From: Candidatus Heimdallarchaeota archaeon
GTDB taxonomy: Archaea; Asgardarchaeota; Wukongarchaeia; Wukongarchaeales; JBHIFL01
Direction of reading: 5' to 3'
NCBI GenBank assembly: GCA_046761065.1
Contig: JBHIFL010000005.1
Location: 1-64,000 of the forward strand
DNA: 64,000 nucleotides
Both the position numbers and the translations under genes were made by a program. The notes beneath the pieces were generated by a model. That model did no database searches, was not told the DNA's origin, and saw only the letters and a list, made by a program, of their open reading frames with translations. Below are positions 10,820 through 20,192 of the stretch, one piece after another. Numbering within the stretch: the stretch's first letter is position 1; the number at the start of each line of letters is the position of its first letter.

Positions 10820-11618
10820 CAAGCTAAGGACCTTTTCCTTAACTTTCCAACCCTAAAACGTTTTAAAGTTAAATGAGCTAACACATCGAGCAAATACCTA
10901 AATTGATTTCTTCCATGATACTGTTCGATAATTTTAGGCATATTAGGCCCCCGCTTAGGGAATAAAAATTTGTTGTTGTTCAATTTCAGCTGCCGAATAG
11001 ATACATGGACAATTTATGGGGTTTTCCTTTTTCCGATTTCTTGTTACCCTTCTGCAAAGGCAATATTACGAATTATAACTTAAGGGGATTCCACACAAGG
11101 GACATTTTAACCGGCATTGCCCACATCCTCAGCATATATAATGCCCTCTTTCGTACACTTTCCTCCATAAACATCTTTTCCCTGTCACAAGAATCTCATA
11201 TTCTTTTTGGATTGATTTTTACCTCCTTTTTACTGGCCAAATAATCTTTTAAAGTAATTTCTGGGTTCTTCTTTTTTTCCACAGTTCAACTTTGCCTTAC
11301 ATGCTCCACAAAACTCGATGAGTCGGATCTTTCTTAAAAAGGATCGAGAAATAGGGCTTCTACATTTGTTAGCAAAGCTTCAATTTCTTCCCGAGGTCGG
11401 ATACGAAGGAATTCGATAAAATGTTCCTTTGACCAGAACTGAAGCATGGCTTTTACAAGGTCCAATTGCGAAAATGGTTGATTCACTATTTAAAAGTGGT
11501 AAGGGATGGTTTCAAACAAGGCGCCGGTGGCACACATCGTTCGCCAATATAACAGGCTTTTTTTTAGGCCATCTTTTTACTTGGGTATATATGATTTTTT
11601 AGTTGGAGAGTCTTACTC

Positions 11619-13010
11619 ATGAGCCTCTCAGACCTCTTAACCCAACCGGAAGGAAAAAGTCTCGAATTCAAAGAGAAGGTTCCTGAGTCTTTAACCCTAG
11701 CAAAGACGGCCTGCGCCTTCGCCAACGGCGGTGGGGGGACGATAATAATCGGGATGCGAGACAAGGACCGAGCCATCGTAGGACTGGAGGAGGGGAAAAT
11801 CCCCGTACTGGAAGAGAAAGTGGCGAACATCCTCCATACCACAGTTGAGCCCATGGTGGCGAGCTACATCACAGTACACAACCGCGAGGGAATGCTGATT
11901 TTGAAGGTGGACATCTTCCCTGGCAGCATGAAACCCTACCACCTCAAGGGCAGGGATGAAGTGGAGGGGACGTATATCAGGGTGGGGTCCACCAACCGGA
12001 AGGCAGACCTGGAAACAGTAGAGGAGCTACGCCGCCAAAGGATGAATATATGTTTTGATGAAGTTGCGGTGCTTGAGGCCAGGGAAGAGGAGCTTGACCA
12101 TGAAAACATCAAATACTACCTCAGGAAAAGGCGAGAGGTGAGGGATATTCCTGAGGTTGAGATGACCAGGGATTTTCTAGTGAAAATCAGGGCATTGAAG
12201 AAAATCGACGATCATGCTTATCCGACGGTTGGAGGGCTACTCCTCTTTTCGAAGGATCCCACGAAATATCTCTCTAGTGCTGTGGTGAAGTGCGCCAGGT
12301 TTAAAGGGCAAGAGATGGATGAGTTCTTGGACCAGAAGGAAGTGGTTGGGCCCCTCTTCAAGCAGGTCGAAGAGGTGATAGCTTTTTTCAGAAGAAACGT
12401 CCGGAGAGGGGCAAAGCGAGAAGGAGTATACAGGAAGGAAGAATACGAATATCCCTTGGGAGCAGTGAGGGAGGCAGTAGTCAACGCGATATGTCACCGC
12501 GATTACAGCAGGAGGGGCGCTGACATCAAGTTTGCCATCTTCGACGACCGCCTAGAAGTGACGAGCCCGGGACCCCTACCACCTCAGATTTCCCTGAGGG
12601 ACCTGGGCACTGGGGTCTCTGAGTTGCGCAACAGGGTAATTGGCAGGATATTCAATGAGATAGGGCTGATAGAAGGTTGGGGAACAGGAATAAGGCGCAT
12701 CAAGCAACTTCTTGAAAAGAGAGGGTTAAAACCACCGGAATTCCAAGAACAAGCAAACTTCTTCAAGGTCATCTTTTTCAGCGAACCCATAATTTCGGAT
12801 TTGGATGACGATGAGAAAATAATCTTGAAGTATATCAAGAATCATGGAAGGGCGCAAACAAAAGAGCTAGAAAACGAAACAGGGAAAAGCGCCTCCACAA
12901 TCAAGAGAAAAATCAAGCGCCTCGTGGGTAAAGGCCTCCTCCAATGGAAAGGCAAGAGCCAGAAGGATCCAACAGGATACTACGTCCTGACAAAACATGA
13001 GCTAGTATGA
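11619..13010 (+). CDS. Schlafen/AlbA_2 domain + RecG-like C-terminal ATP-binding domain + HTH
   Basis: EGKSLEFK, AFANGGGG.IIIG, REAVVNAICHRDY, SPG, RN..I...F...G.IE..GTG. Confidence 0.9.
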   Translation: MSLSDLLTQPEGKSLEFKEKVPESLTLAKTACAFANGGGGTIIIGMRDKDRAIVGLEEGKIPVLEEKVANILHTTVEPMVASYITVHNREGMLILKVDIFPGSMKPYHLKGRDEVEGTYIRVGSTNRKADLETVEELRRQRMNICFDEVAVLEAREEELDHENIKYYLRKRREVRDIPEVEMTRDFLVKIRALKKIDDHAYPTVGGLLLFSKDPTKYLSSAVVKCARFKGQEMDEFLDQKEVVGPLFKQVEEVIAFFRRNVRRGAKREGVYRKEEYEYPLGAVREAVVNAICHRDYSRRGADIKFAIFDDRLEVTSPGPLPPQISLRDLGTGVSELRNRVIGRIFNEIGLIEGWGTGIRRIKQLLEKRGLKPPEFQEQANFFKVIFFSEPIISDLDDDEKIILKYIKNHGRAQTKELENETGKSASTIKRKIKRLVGKGLLQWKGKSQKDPTGYYVLTKHELV

Positions 13011-13046
13011 GCTAGTAATACTTTTTTGAGCTAGTATGAGCTAGTA
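12997..13046 (+). repeat. Four copies of (A/T)TGAGCTAGT overlapping the stop codon
   Basis: ATGAGCTAGT x2, 9-bp gap, TTGAGCTAGT ATGAGCTAGT. Confidence 0.7.
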
Positions 13047-13143
13047 CCCGTTGGATTCTGTGATTCTTTTTGATATTTTGCCAGAATGGGTGTCCCTTCA
13101 CTTGGAACGCTCCCAAGACATCCCACACCTAGTTCGAGCCATA

Positions 13144-13476
13144 TGGGGACTGCGATGTGCTGGTGATCCACAGGGATGGGGTTGGGGTCGAAGCGGCGGT
13201 GAACAAATACGATGGAGCCAACACGAAAGCCCTGCTAGAGGTGAAACAAGAGCTAATTAAGAACGGCCACCCGCAGTTTCCGGCAATTTCTGAAAAAGGC
13301 TGGCTGATGACGAGCCATATCGATAATGGAGTGTGCAACGCGTCCCATCAGGTGTGTGGTTGGGGTCGTGGCGGGGAGAGGCGATCTGGGCGGATGGGCG
13401 GAAGGGGCTCTGTGCCCGAATCAATCCACATACGAAAATTCCGGATCGACGAGTAGTCTTGAGAAAAGTAATCTAG
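13144..13476 (+). repeat. Phosphoesterase 3'-end repeat, copy 4
   Basis: GDCDVLVIHRDG...WLMTSH...RRVVLRKVI*. Confidence 0.9.
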
Positions 13477-13603
13477 TCAGGAATTTGGTTTTAGTGATTT
13501 CCCCAACTCGGCTTTCAAACATTAAATATCCCGATTCTTATAGGAAATGAGGATAACATCTTGAAATCGAATGAGCGGGATTCGGAAGACCTCGAACATA
13601 TTA

Positions 13604-13662
13604 TTTTCGCTGCCGTTAAACCAGTGAATGGAAACGGGATGAGAACTATTTTTTCCCTTCAA
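13604..13662 (-). pseudogene. MazF/PemK toxin N-terminal remnant
   Basis: MKGK/IVLIPFPFTGLTAAK with a +1 frameshift in an A run, then truncated; overlaps the upstream gene stop. Confidence 0.65.
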
Positions 13663-13847
13663 TGGTATCTAACCTTGAGATCCTCAATTGAGTACAGGTT
13701 TGGTTCGCGTTTGAAGGACTCTCGAAGAGATTTCTCTGCCAATGTCATTATGGACAAAGTCTCTTGGTGCTCAAGCAATAAATCCAGCTTCATGTTCAAT
13801 GCCACAAGAAGTTCCTTGATCTCTTTAACATCCGCGTCAATTGTCAT
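13659..13847 (-). CDS. Small putative antitoxin of the MazF remnant
   Basis: 62 aa ending LAEKSL..F..EP.LYS.EDLKVRY, translationally coupled to the MazF remnant. Confidence 0.6.
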   Translation of the reverse strand: MTIDADVKEIKELLVALNMKLDLLLEHQETLSIMTLAEKSLRESFKREPNLYSIEDLKVRYH

Positions 13848-14580
13848 TGTTTTCCCTCTACATATTATAATGAAGAAAACCAAGGGAACTTATTAAATTT
13901 TATGATAACTCGGCAGGTATTCCTAAAATTGGAAGGGAGCCATACGGTTTAACCGCGATTAAGGGATAATTCTTTTGTAGTCTGAACATGTAAAAAATAA
14001 TCTCAAAAATGTTCTTTACTCGACAAAAAACCAGTTGTCCCTTCCACACACCAAGAATCCATCATTTGACCGTTGGGAGACATCAGATCCTCCTTCCCCC
14101 AGGGGATTAGAAGCATCATGTGCTACTAAATAACCCATCTCCTCGTCACCACTTGACCCCAAAACTGGTCTTAACTTCCGTGGGGGGGGTGGACTTGTAC
14201 GGTACCACAATTCCCCTTTTTCATCCAGAAATTCAAGATGAATCCACAACACACACTCTAATGGTAGGAAGCCAGCCACTTCAAGCGATCCAGTAAAAAA
14301 AATGGAATTTACACAGACCCCGTTCATTGTATCAGCCTTGTACCACTCATAGCTCTCATAATTCCTTCTAGATGGGAATCACATATAGTGTTTGACTTAA
14401 TGCGTCAGAGGATGAACTATGTAGGTTCCTATGGGAAAAAGTTCCAATCCCAACTCCTAATCCGTCAAAAGAAGAAAGGGAGATAGTCAAAACTTTTGTG
14501 ACTTGAGTTCGATGAAATTGAATTAGAGTATTTCCAGGTAAACTCTTAAATATTCGAAAAGACTAAATTTATCTGGTGAA

Positions 14581-14826
14581 TTGCTCGTGACAGAAGAAGG
14601 GGTGGTTGGCTCGAAAGGGGAGCTGTTTCCCCCCAAGAAGATTCGGCAAGAGGTCGGACTGATTCCAGGTCGTCGGATCAAATATGAAGTGAAGGATGGG
14701 CTTCTGATTGTAAAACCGATCCTAGAGATCCTTGAAGTGTTGGAAGAACCACCAATTGCAACAATCACCCTTGAGGAAGAACGTAAGCTGCGGAAAGAAA
14801 TTTCGAAAGAGATAGCGGAGCAATAG
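14581..14826 (+). CDS. AbrB/MazE-type antitoxin
   Basis: VGSKGELFPPKKIRQEVGL.PG; directly upstream of a PIN gene. Confidence 0.85.
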   Translation: MLVTEEGVVGSKGELFPPKKIRQEVGLIPGRRIKYEVKDGLLIVKPILEILEVLEEPPIATITLEEERKLRKEISKEIAEQ

Positions 14827-14829
14827 CCG

Positions 14830-15294
14830 TTGCGAGTCTTTCTGGATACAACCTACCTCATGCCAGTTTGTGGGGTGAAGATAAAAGAAATCCAAAACAC
14901 ACACCTAACACGCCTCTTTGAGCAGCGAAGGACTATGATCAATCAAGTCTCTTTACTTGAACTGTGGGGCAAGGGCAAGAGGCTCCTCCGTGACGACCCG
15001 GAATCTTGGCCTCGCTTCCTGATAGGCTATCGGAGTATCCTTGAATCCCAGACGATCCAGAAGCAAGCCATAATTGAACCAGAAACGCTCCCGTGGGTGG
15101 ACAAGCTGTCGAGGGAGGGGCTTAGAGATCTTCTTGATTGTTTCATTACAGCCTCGGCGATTTATCATAGCGATGTCTTGGTAACGGAAGCCCAAGATAT
15201 CACCAAAATTGTGGAAATCCTCAAAGAGAAAGGGGAACCGGAAGTCAACCTTCAAGCACTGCCGCTGAGAGACTTCCTCCAGCAGTATGCTTGA
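14830..15294 (+). CDS. PIN-domain (VapC-like) toxin
   Basis: FLDTT, SLLE, DLLDCFI.ASA, LVTE. Confidence 0.85.
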   Translation: MRVFLDTTYLMPVCGVKIKEIQNTHLTRLFEQRRTMINQVSLLELWGKGKRLLRDDPESWPRFLIGYRSILESQTIQKQAIIEPETLPWVDKLSREGLRDLLDCFITASAIYHSDVLVTEAQDITKIVEILKEKGEPEVNLQALPLRDFLQQYA

Positions 15295-15373
15295 CAGACA
15301 CATCCGTTAAATTCCTTGATCTAATATGTTGTGTGACTCTCTACAATTATTTGCTTAAATGAACTTTGGAAGA

Positions 15374-15600
15374 AGCTGATTAAGAACAGTCACCCGCAAC
15401 TACCAGCTATCTCCGAAAATGACTGGCAGATGACGAGCCATTTCGATAGTGGGGTGTGCAACGCCACGTATCGGATGGGCGGGTTGGGGTCGTGGCGGGG
15501 TGAGGCGATCTGGGCGGATGGGAAGACGGGGTTCTGTGCGTGCATTGATCCGTAAACGCCCATTCCGGAGCGAACGGTGTGGTTGAGAAAAGTGATCTAG
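15374..15600 (+). repeat. Phosphoesterase 3'-end repeat, copy 5
   Basis: LIKNSHPQLPAISENDWQMTSHFDSGVCN...GLGSWRGEAIWADG...TVWLRKVI* in one frame, with an internal TAA. Confidence 0.9.
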
Positions 15601-15995
15601 GGAAAGGAGTGGAGAGCTGGAGAGGCCCATGCTCCAAGTTTAGTGCTCGCCATTCTGTCTCGCGTGTCTTGCCCTAGTAAGATGAGTGAAGTCAATTCTC
15701 GATACGTTCAGACGAAGAGGAAAGACTTCTTTTGATATCTCACCAAGGCATTTGGGACATTTGGCTTTCTTGCCACGCAAAATGATGCTGTTTGCGGCCA
15801 TGATATGACGTAGTTCGGGCTTGCAGGAGATGTTTATCCTGATAGTTGGTTTCGATGCTGAATCTTTTACCAGACTCCTGTTCTGCTTACGTTGGTGACA
15901 TATCCAGGAGTGGCGAGATGCTTAAAGCTATAAGTTTCTTCTTAACTCGTTGAAAAGTGACATGCACCGTGCTTTCTTTTAGCATTATCTCTTTC

Positions 15996-16544
15996 TTATC
16001 TAATAGAATCAATAAGTTTCGCGGCTTCTAAAATTTCAGTGCCTTGTTCTGCTTTCAGCTTGTATCTCCGCTCACCAAGCTCGTCGATTGCGGATTCGAT
16101 GCCAGAGAGTTCGATGAATCCTTTGCGGAGGGCTTCTAACAAAATAGTCCAAGTGTTCCAGACCTCAAACCCGTACATCTTTGCGAGATCGGAGAGAACC
16201 TTCTCATCAATTAAGACAAGCTCCGCCTTATTTTCCTTGGCGACCAAGAGTGTCTCTGCGTCGGATTGCGATATGTTTTCGCCTTCCACCAGCCTTTTGA
16301 CGGTTGAAACCGCCGCCTTAGGAATATCTTTAATGAAAATCCAGCCTTCATCGATGGTTTGTTTCACGAGCATAGCATCATCGTGGCCGCATTTGAGTCC
16401 CTCATCAACAACTTCCCTCTGAACTGCCGGGGTAATCACTACGCGATTGAAAAGCGTCTTAAGAAGGAGCAGCTTGTTTATCTGAGCTAAGTGAATGAGT
16501 GGTCCCGCATCGGATACCACCAAAGGCAAGGGCTTATTCCCCAT
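15996..16544 (-). CDS. PIN-domain protein (DUF3368 type)
   Basis: VVSDAGPLIHLAQI, PAV..E, DAE.L, LIDE. Confidence 0.85.
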   Translation of the reverse strand: MGNKPLPLVVSDAGPLIHLAQINKLLLLKTLFNRVVITPAVQREVVDEGLKCGHDDAMLVKQTIDEGWIFIKDIPKAAVSTVKRLVEGENISQSDAETLLVAKENKAELVLIDEKVLSDLAKMYGFEVWNTWTILLEALRKGFIELSGIESAIDELGERRYKLKAEQGTEILEAAKLIDSIR

Positions 16545-16836
16545 ATCTTGTTTTCAAGTAATCCTTGACGATTTTCGAATCCCAGTTGACAGGGATCCCT
16601 TCCCGCTCCAGTAGCTCCAGGAACTCCCGGAGGGAGATTTTGAGTATCTCAGCAGCTCTTGAAGCCGTTAATCGCCCGGTTCTGTAGATGTGGATGATCC
16701 TTCGGCGGAGGCCGTCCTCAATGAACTCCTTAAGTAACCGTGTTCGGTCAATGTCCTCGAGGGCTCTCACATCTTCTATGCGTTCTAACTCCCGGCGGGA
16801 AATCCGCATAGTAATTACGGTACTCTTTTTTGTCAT
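16534..16836 (-). CDS. UPF0175 family antitoxin
   Basis: Y..G.LT.SRAAE.L.ISLREF.ELL; overlaps the PIN gene. Confidence 0.8.
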   Translation of the reverse strand: MTKKSTVITMRISRRELERIEDVRALEDIDRTRLLKEFIEDGLRRRIIHIYRTGRLTASRAAEILKISLREFLELLEREGIPVNWDSKIVKDYLKTRYGE

Positions 16837-17011
16837 ACCTATCAAAATAGGGTATATTACATTGTAATACATAAGTCTTTCCCAAACGGTTAGAAGTGCC
16901 ATTCGTCGGGGTGGGAGCATCCAGGGTCACCTTCCACAGTCACACTAACACCCGCACCTCATCCTGGGGCGCGACGCGTATCTTGAAACCCCCGCGCACA
17001 TAGTTTGCGGT

Positions 17012-17147
17012 GACCGATCGAGTGTTCGGGTTGGGGTCGTGGCGGAGAGAATCGATCTGGGCGGATGGAAAGAAGGGACTCTGTGCGTTCCTTGATCCGC
17101 AAACGACAATTCCAGAACGAACCGTGTGGTTAAGAAAAGTGATCTAG
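17012..17147 (+). repeat. Phosphoesterase 3'-end repeat, copy 6
   Basis: TDRVFGLGSWRRESIWADGKKGLCAFLDPQTTIPERTVWLRKVI*. Confidence 0.9.
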
Positions 17148-17802
17148 TAGGAATTTAGAGGGTTCCAATATGAAACGGGATGCCTTAGCTACTGACGACA
17201 TTGCTTATTTTCACAAACTAAAATTATAAAAAGGTAGAAACCCGCGGAGTACGCTTTCTGTGTAAGGTCGCGAGCCAGTGTTTCCGTAGTCGGTGCAGGA
17301 GCATGAGAGTATCGCAAAGAATCGCAAAGGGAAGAATTCGCAGCGCATTTGGGAACAGGACGGCGGGAGCGGGAGCTTCGCGCTCAAGGTGGTGAGAAAA
17401 TCCCTGATGAGATGCTCATCCAGTTGTTTACCACGCGCGAAGGGATAGGAAAAAAGGATAAGGTCACCTTCCGCTAAGATCAGAAGAAGCACTGGATAGA
17501 ATCAAAGCGTTATAAAGTTAGTAAAACGGACTGCTCCCACGTCCCAACCTCCACACGCGACTACTGTTTTCCAAGAAAAGGTTAGATATTCACCATCCAG
17601 CAAGGGGGACTAAAAAATTTGTGGACCAATGCATAATAGCATCAATTCGCACCTCAGGCTATTTTAAGTGCAGGAGTTGAGGGAGAAAGCGGTTCCAGTG
17701 AGACAACCACGATGGAGGAGATAAAAATCCATCAGGGGAATTTTTCTCATATTACCATAAACTTTATTTTTCTCCTGTTTTTAGATATTTGGAGGAAAAA
17801 AA

Positions 17803-18045
17803 GTGGTCATGGTAATAAAGGTGGGTTCGGGGCGAAGGATTTACTTACCAAAAACGATTCAACTAGAATCGGATCGTTTGATCCTGCTCCCCTTCGGAAC
17901 GGGATATCTGTTAATTCCCGTACCGGCCGAAATCAGAGAGATTGAAACACCATTGACGCGAAAAGAGTTAAAGGAGCTCCGGGATCGAGCTGCTGCGGAG
18001 GATGCTAAACGAATCCTCGATGTTCCGCCCCCAGAGGAGGCCTGA
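17803..18045 (+). CDS. AbrB-like (VapB) antitoxin
   Basis: KVGSGRRIYLPK; 2 bp upstream of a PIN gene. Confidence 0.75.
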   Translation: MVMVIKVGSGRRIYLPKTIQLESDRLILLPFGTGYLLIPVPAEIREIETPLTRKELKELRDRAAAEDAKRILDVPPPEEA

Positions 18046-18047
18046 AG

Positions 18048-18470
18048 ATGTTAATTGAAACGGATCTTCTGTTTGCATATCTCAAAGCGGCGGATTGGCT
18101 AAAACAGGTAGCCAGCGAAATTATTGAGCAAATCGAACGGGGGCAGTTAGCTCCCGTCCAAGCAAGCGCGGCCGTCTTGCATGAGCTGTTTTATGTCCAG
18201 ATTGAATATTTGTCGCTGGATGCGACGATTGGAAATTCAGCACAAATTATGGCGCTAAGTAACCTCGAGTTTCTGCCAGCAACAGCTGAGACTTATGTCT
18301 CTGCCATGGCCCTAATGAAGACTTATGCCATCTCTTCCATATTTGATGCCATTCATGCGGGGACCGCCCTTGGAGCATTAGCGAAGGATAACAAGATCAT
18401 CTCGACCGATCCAGTCTTTGATCGCATTCCAGATTTGGAACGAATTGATCCGAGAGATATAATCTCTTAG
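18048..18470 (+). CDS. PIN-domain (VapC-like) toxin
   Basis: MLIETD, LHEL, FDAIHA.TA, IISTD..FD. Confidence 0.85.
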   Translation: MLIETDLLFAYLKAADWLKQVASEIIEQIERGQLAPVQASAAVLHELFYVQIEYLSLDATIGNSAQIMALSNLEFLPATAETYVSAMALMKTYAISSIFDAIHAGTALGALAKDNKIISTDPVFDRIPDLERIDPRDIIS

Positions 18471-18506
18471 GCACGAAGCAGATTATTATAGGGAATCTCA
18501 TTCATA

Positions 18507-18624
18507 TCGAAGAGGTGATAGCTTTTTTCAGAAGAAACATCCAGCGAAGGGCAAAGATAGAAGGAGGATACAGGAAGGAAAAATACGAATATCCCTTAGG
18601 AGCAGTGAGGGAGGCAGTTGTCAA
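18507..18624 (+). repeat. Orphan internal fragment of an AlbA/RecG-like gene (homologous to 12368-12485)
   Basis: Both loci share TCGAAGAGGTGATAGCTTTTTTCAGAAGAAAC...GAATATCCCTT.GGAGCAGTGAGGGAGGCAGT.GTCAA. Confidence 0.85.
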
Positions 18625-19232
18625 AGGCGAGACGTGTTACGGAGTTACCGAAAGATCCGGGTAATGCTCCTCGCGCAATTCGTTTAAGCGACGAGCTCCA
18701 TAAGAAAAGCCATGAAGCCTGGAAATGTGCCAAAGAGTCTGGGAATGAATGGGGCTATTTCATTCATGTAGCTGAGGAGGGACAGCTAATTGCGGGGAAA
18801 TTGAAAGAAGGTACCCCTCACGAGTGGATTCGCTTTGAAGAGTATATGAAAGCACGAAAACAAGATAAATCCATCCAAGGCCTTATGCATACACATCTCG
18901 AAGAAGAAACCGTATTTAGCCCCTCCAACATCGGGTTTTTCCTTGCGGCGAAGGAGTCCATCTGTAAGAGCATAGATCTGCAAGGCAATTACCTCATAAT
19001 ACTGCAAAACGAACAAACAGATCCTCTTCGGGAAGGAATTTTTGAGGAGGTCACCCAAGTATATACAGCTGTGGCCAGAGAAAAAACAAAACAACATATC
19101 ATGGAAAACGAGCTGGATAGGAAAGAAACCATAAGGAGAGGCATGGTTGAAGCGATGATAGAAGTATGCAAATAATATAATATCGCCTTGTATAGAGGGA
19201 TGATCAAGAAGGTTGCAAAGAAGGTGAGGTGA
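18618..19232 (+). pseudogene. JAB/MPN-like domain protein, 5'-truncated, internal TAA at 19173-19175
   Basis: E-W-G...HTH-x6-FSPSNI (canonical Asp replaced by Asn); reads on as YNIALYRG...VAKKVR*. Confidence 0.6.
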
Positions 19233-19403
19233 GTGTCGAAGTCAGAACAACTAAGGCAAAAATTTCTGAAGCGTGCAAAAGAACAAATGGGCATATATGA
19301 TGATTGGGAAGGCCTGTACGCCTATCTGTTGCGGTTGTAGATGAGGCGCTGGAAGGAAAAAGCTAAAAAAGAGAAAGAACAGAAGGAACAGGCCAACACT
19401 AAT
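19233..19403 (+). pseudogene. Small partner gene of the JAB protein (frameshifted)
   Basis: MSKSEQLRQKFLKRAKEQMGIYDDWEGLYAYL...; starts immediately after the JAB stop codon. Confidence 0.55.
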
Positions 19404-19584
19404 TCTTCCATACATGCGGCTACTTAGGACACACCTCCCGAAGTTCTTCTGGGGCATTTTTGGACACTCATTTCTGAATCTCCTTTTCAAAATGAACGTC
19501 TCTCCAAAGGGTGAGAGAGGTATGCAGTATAATATTGCCTTGTATAAAGGAGAAAGGGGGATAGCCGCCAAGAAGGTGGTCTAA

Positions 19585-19743
19585 ATGTCGAAGGCACAAC
19601 AACTCTTACAAGAGCGGTTAAAGCGTATCAGTGAAGGAAAGTATGGGTGCGGCATCAAAGGCTTTTATGAGCTTATGGAAGCCTTCGCAGAGGAAGCTTT
19701 GGAAAAGATAGCCAAGAAAAAGAAAGCACAAGCCAAACACTAA
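19585..19743 (+). CDS. Intact 52-aa paralog of the JAB partner, preceded by an orphan JAB tail (QYNIALYKG...AAKKVV*)
   Basis: MSKAQQLLQERLKRISEGKYGCGIKGFYELMEAFAEEALEKIAKKKKAQAKH*. Confidence 0.6.
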   Translation: MSKAQQLLQERLKRISEGKYGCGIKGFYELMEAFAEEALEKIAKKKKAQAKH

Positions 19744-20192
19744 TGGTCCGCCTTTAGAGCCACTTAACTCCCTTGAAATGCTTTTTTCAAAACAACTTCA
19801 ATTTTCAATGTCCCGTAACACTTTGCTGAAGAGGTACCCCACCATTGGACTGCGACATATATTTCCCGTACAAGCAAATAAGATGGTCTTTATCATCCGG
19901 ATTCCTTCTTGAAATATAGCAGAAAAATGTCCTCTGTGGATTATAATTCTTTTAGTATCTCAACGAAATGCACGGTAGAACTGTATCTGGTTCTTTTTTC
20001 AAATGTTAAGAAAAGACATGAATGCCCGAGATTTCCTCTCCCAGAGTAGACTCCTTCGAAACGTTAAATGAAGGGAAATGTTAAATTGAAACCAAAGCTT
20101 TATAAAAGTTAGCAAATTAATAATTATATGAACCAGAATGGAGAAAACTCCATAGAAAGTGATCACCTAAAATTAGAAATTGGGAGAAAAAA

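Noticed and set aside
10950-11190. Cys-rich minus-strand reading (C*GCGQC..KCPLCG)
   Set aside because: Multiple stops and no family assignable by eye
10386-13456. ORFs 10386-10799 and 13157-13456 as intact genes ending GRMGGRGSVP
   Set aside because: Copies 5 and 6 show the in-frame C-terminus is GLGSW..EAIWADG...RKVI*; these ORFs are frameshifted fragments
1-17147. Anchor repeats as a CRISPR array or integron attC sites
   Set aside because: Units are kb-spaced, variable in length and clearly protein-coding in origin; no RYYYAAC...GTTRRRY boxes, cas genes or intI are visible
17211-17492. Possible Asgard longin/roadblock-like fragment (LFSYPF...DEHLI..FLT.L)
   Set aside because: Only about 35 aa resemble the domain; too short to support
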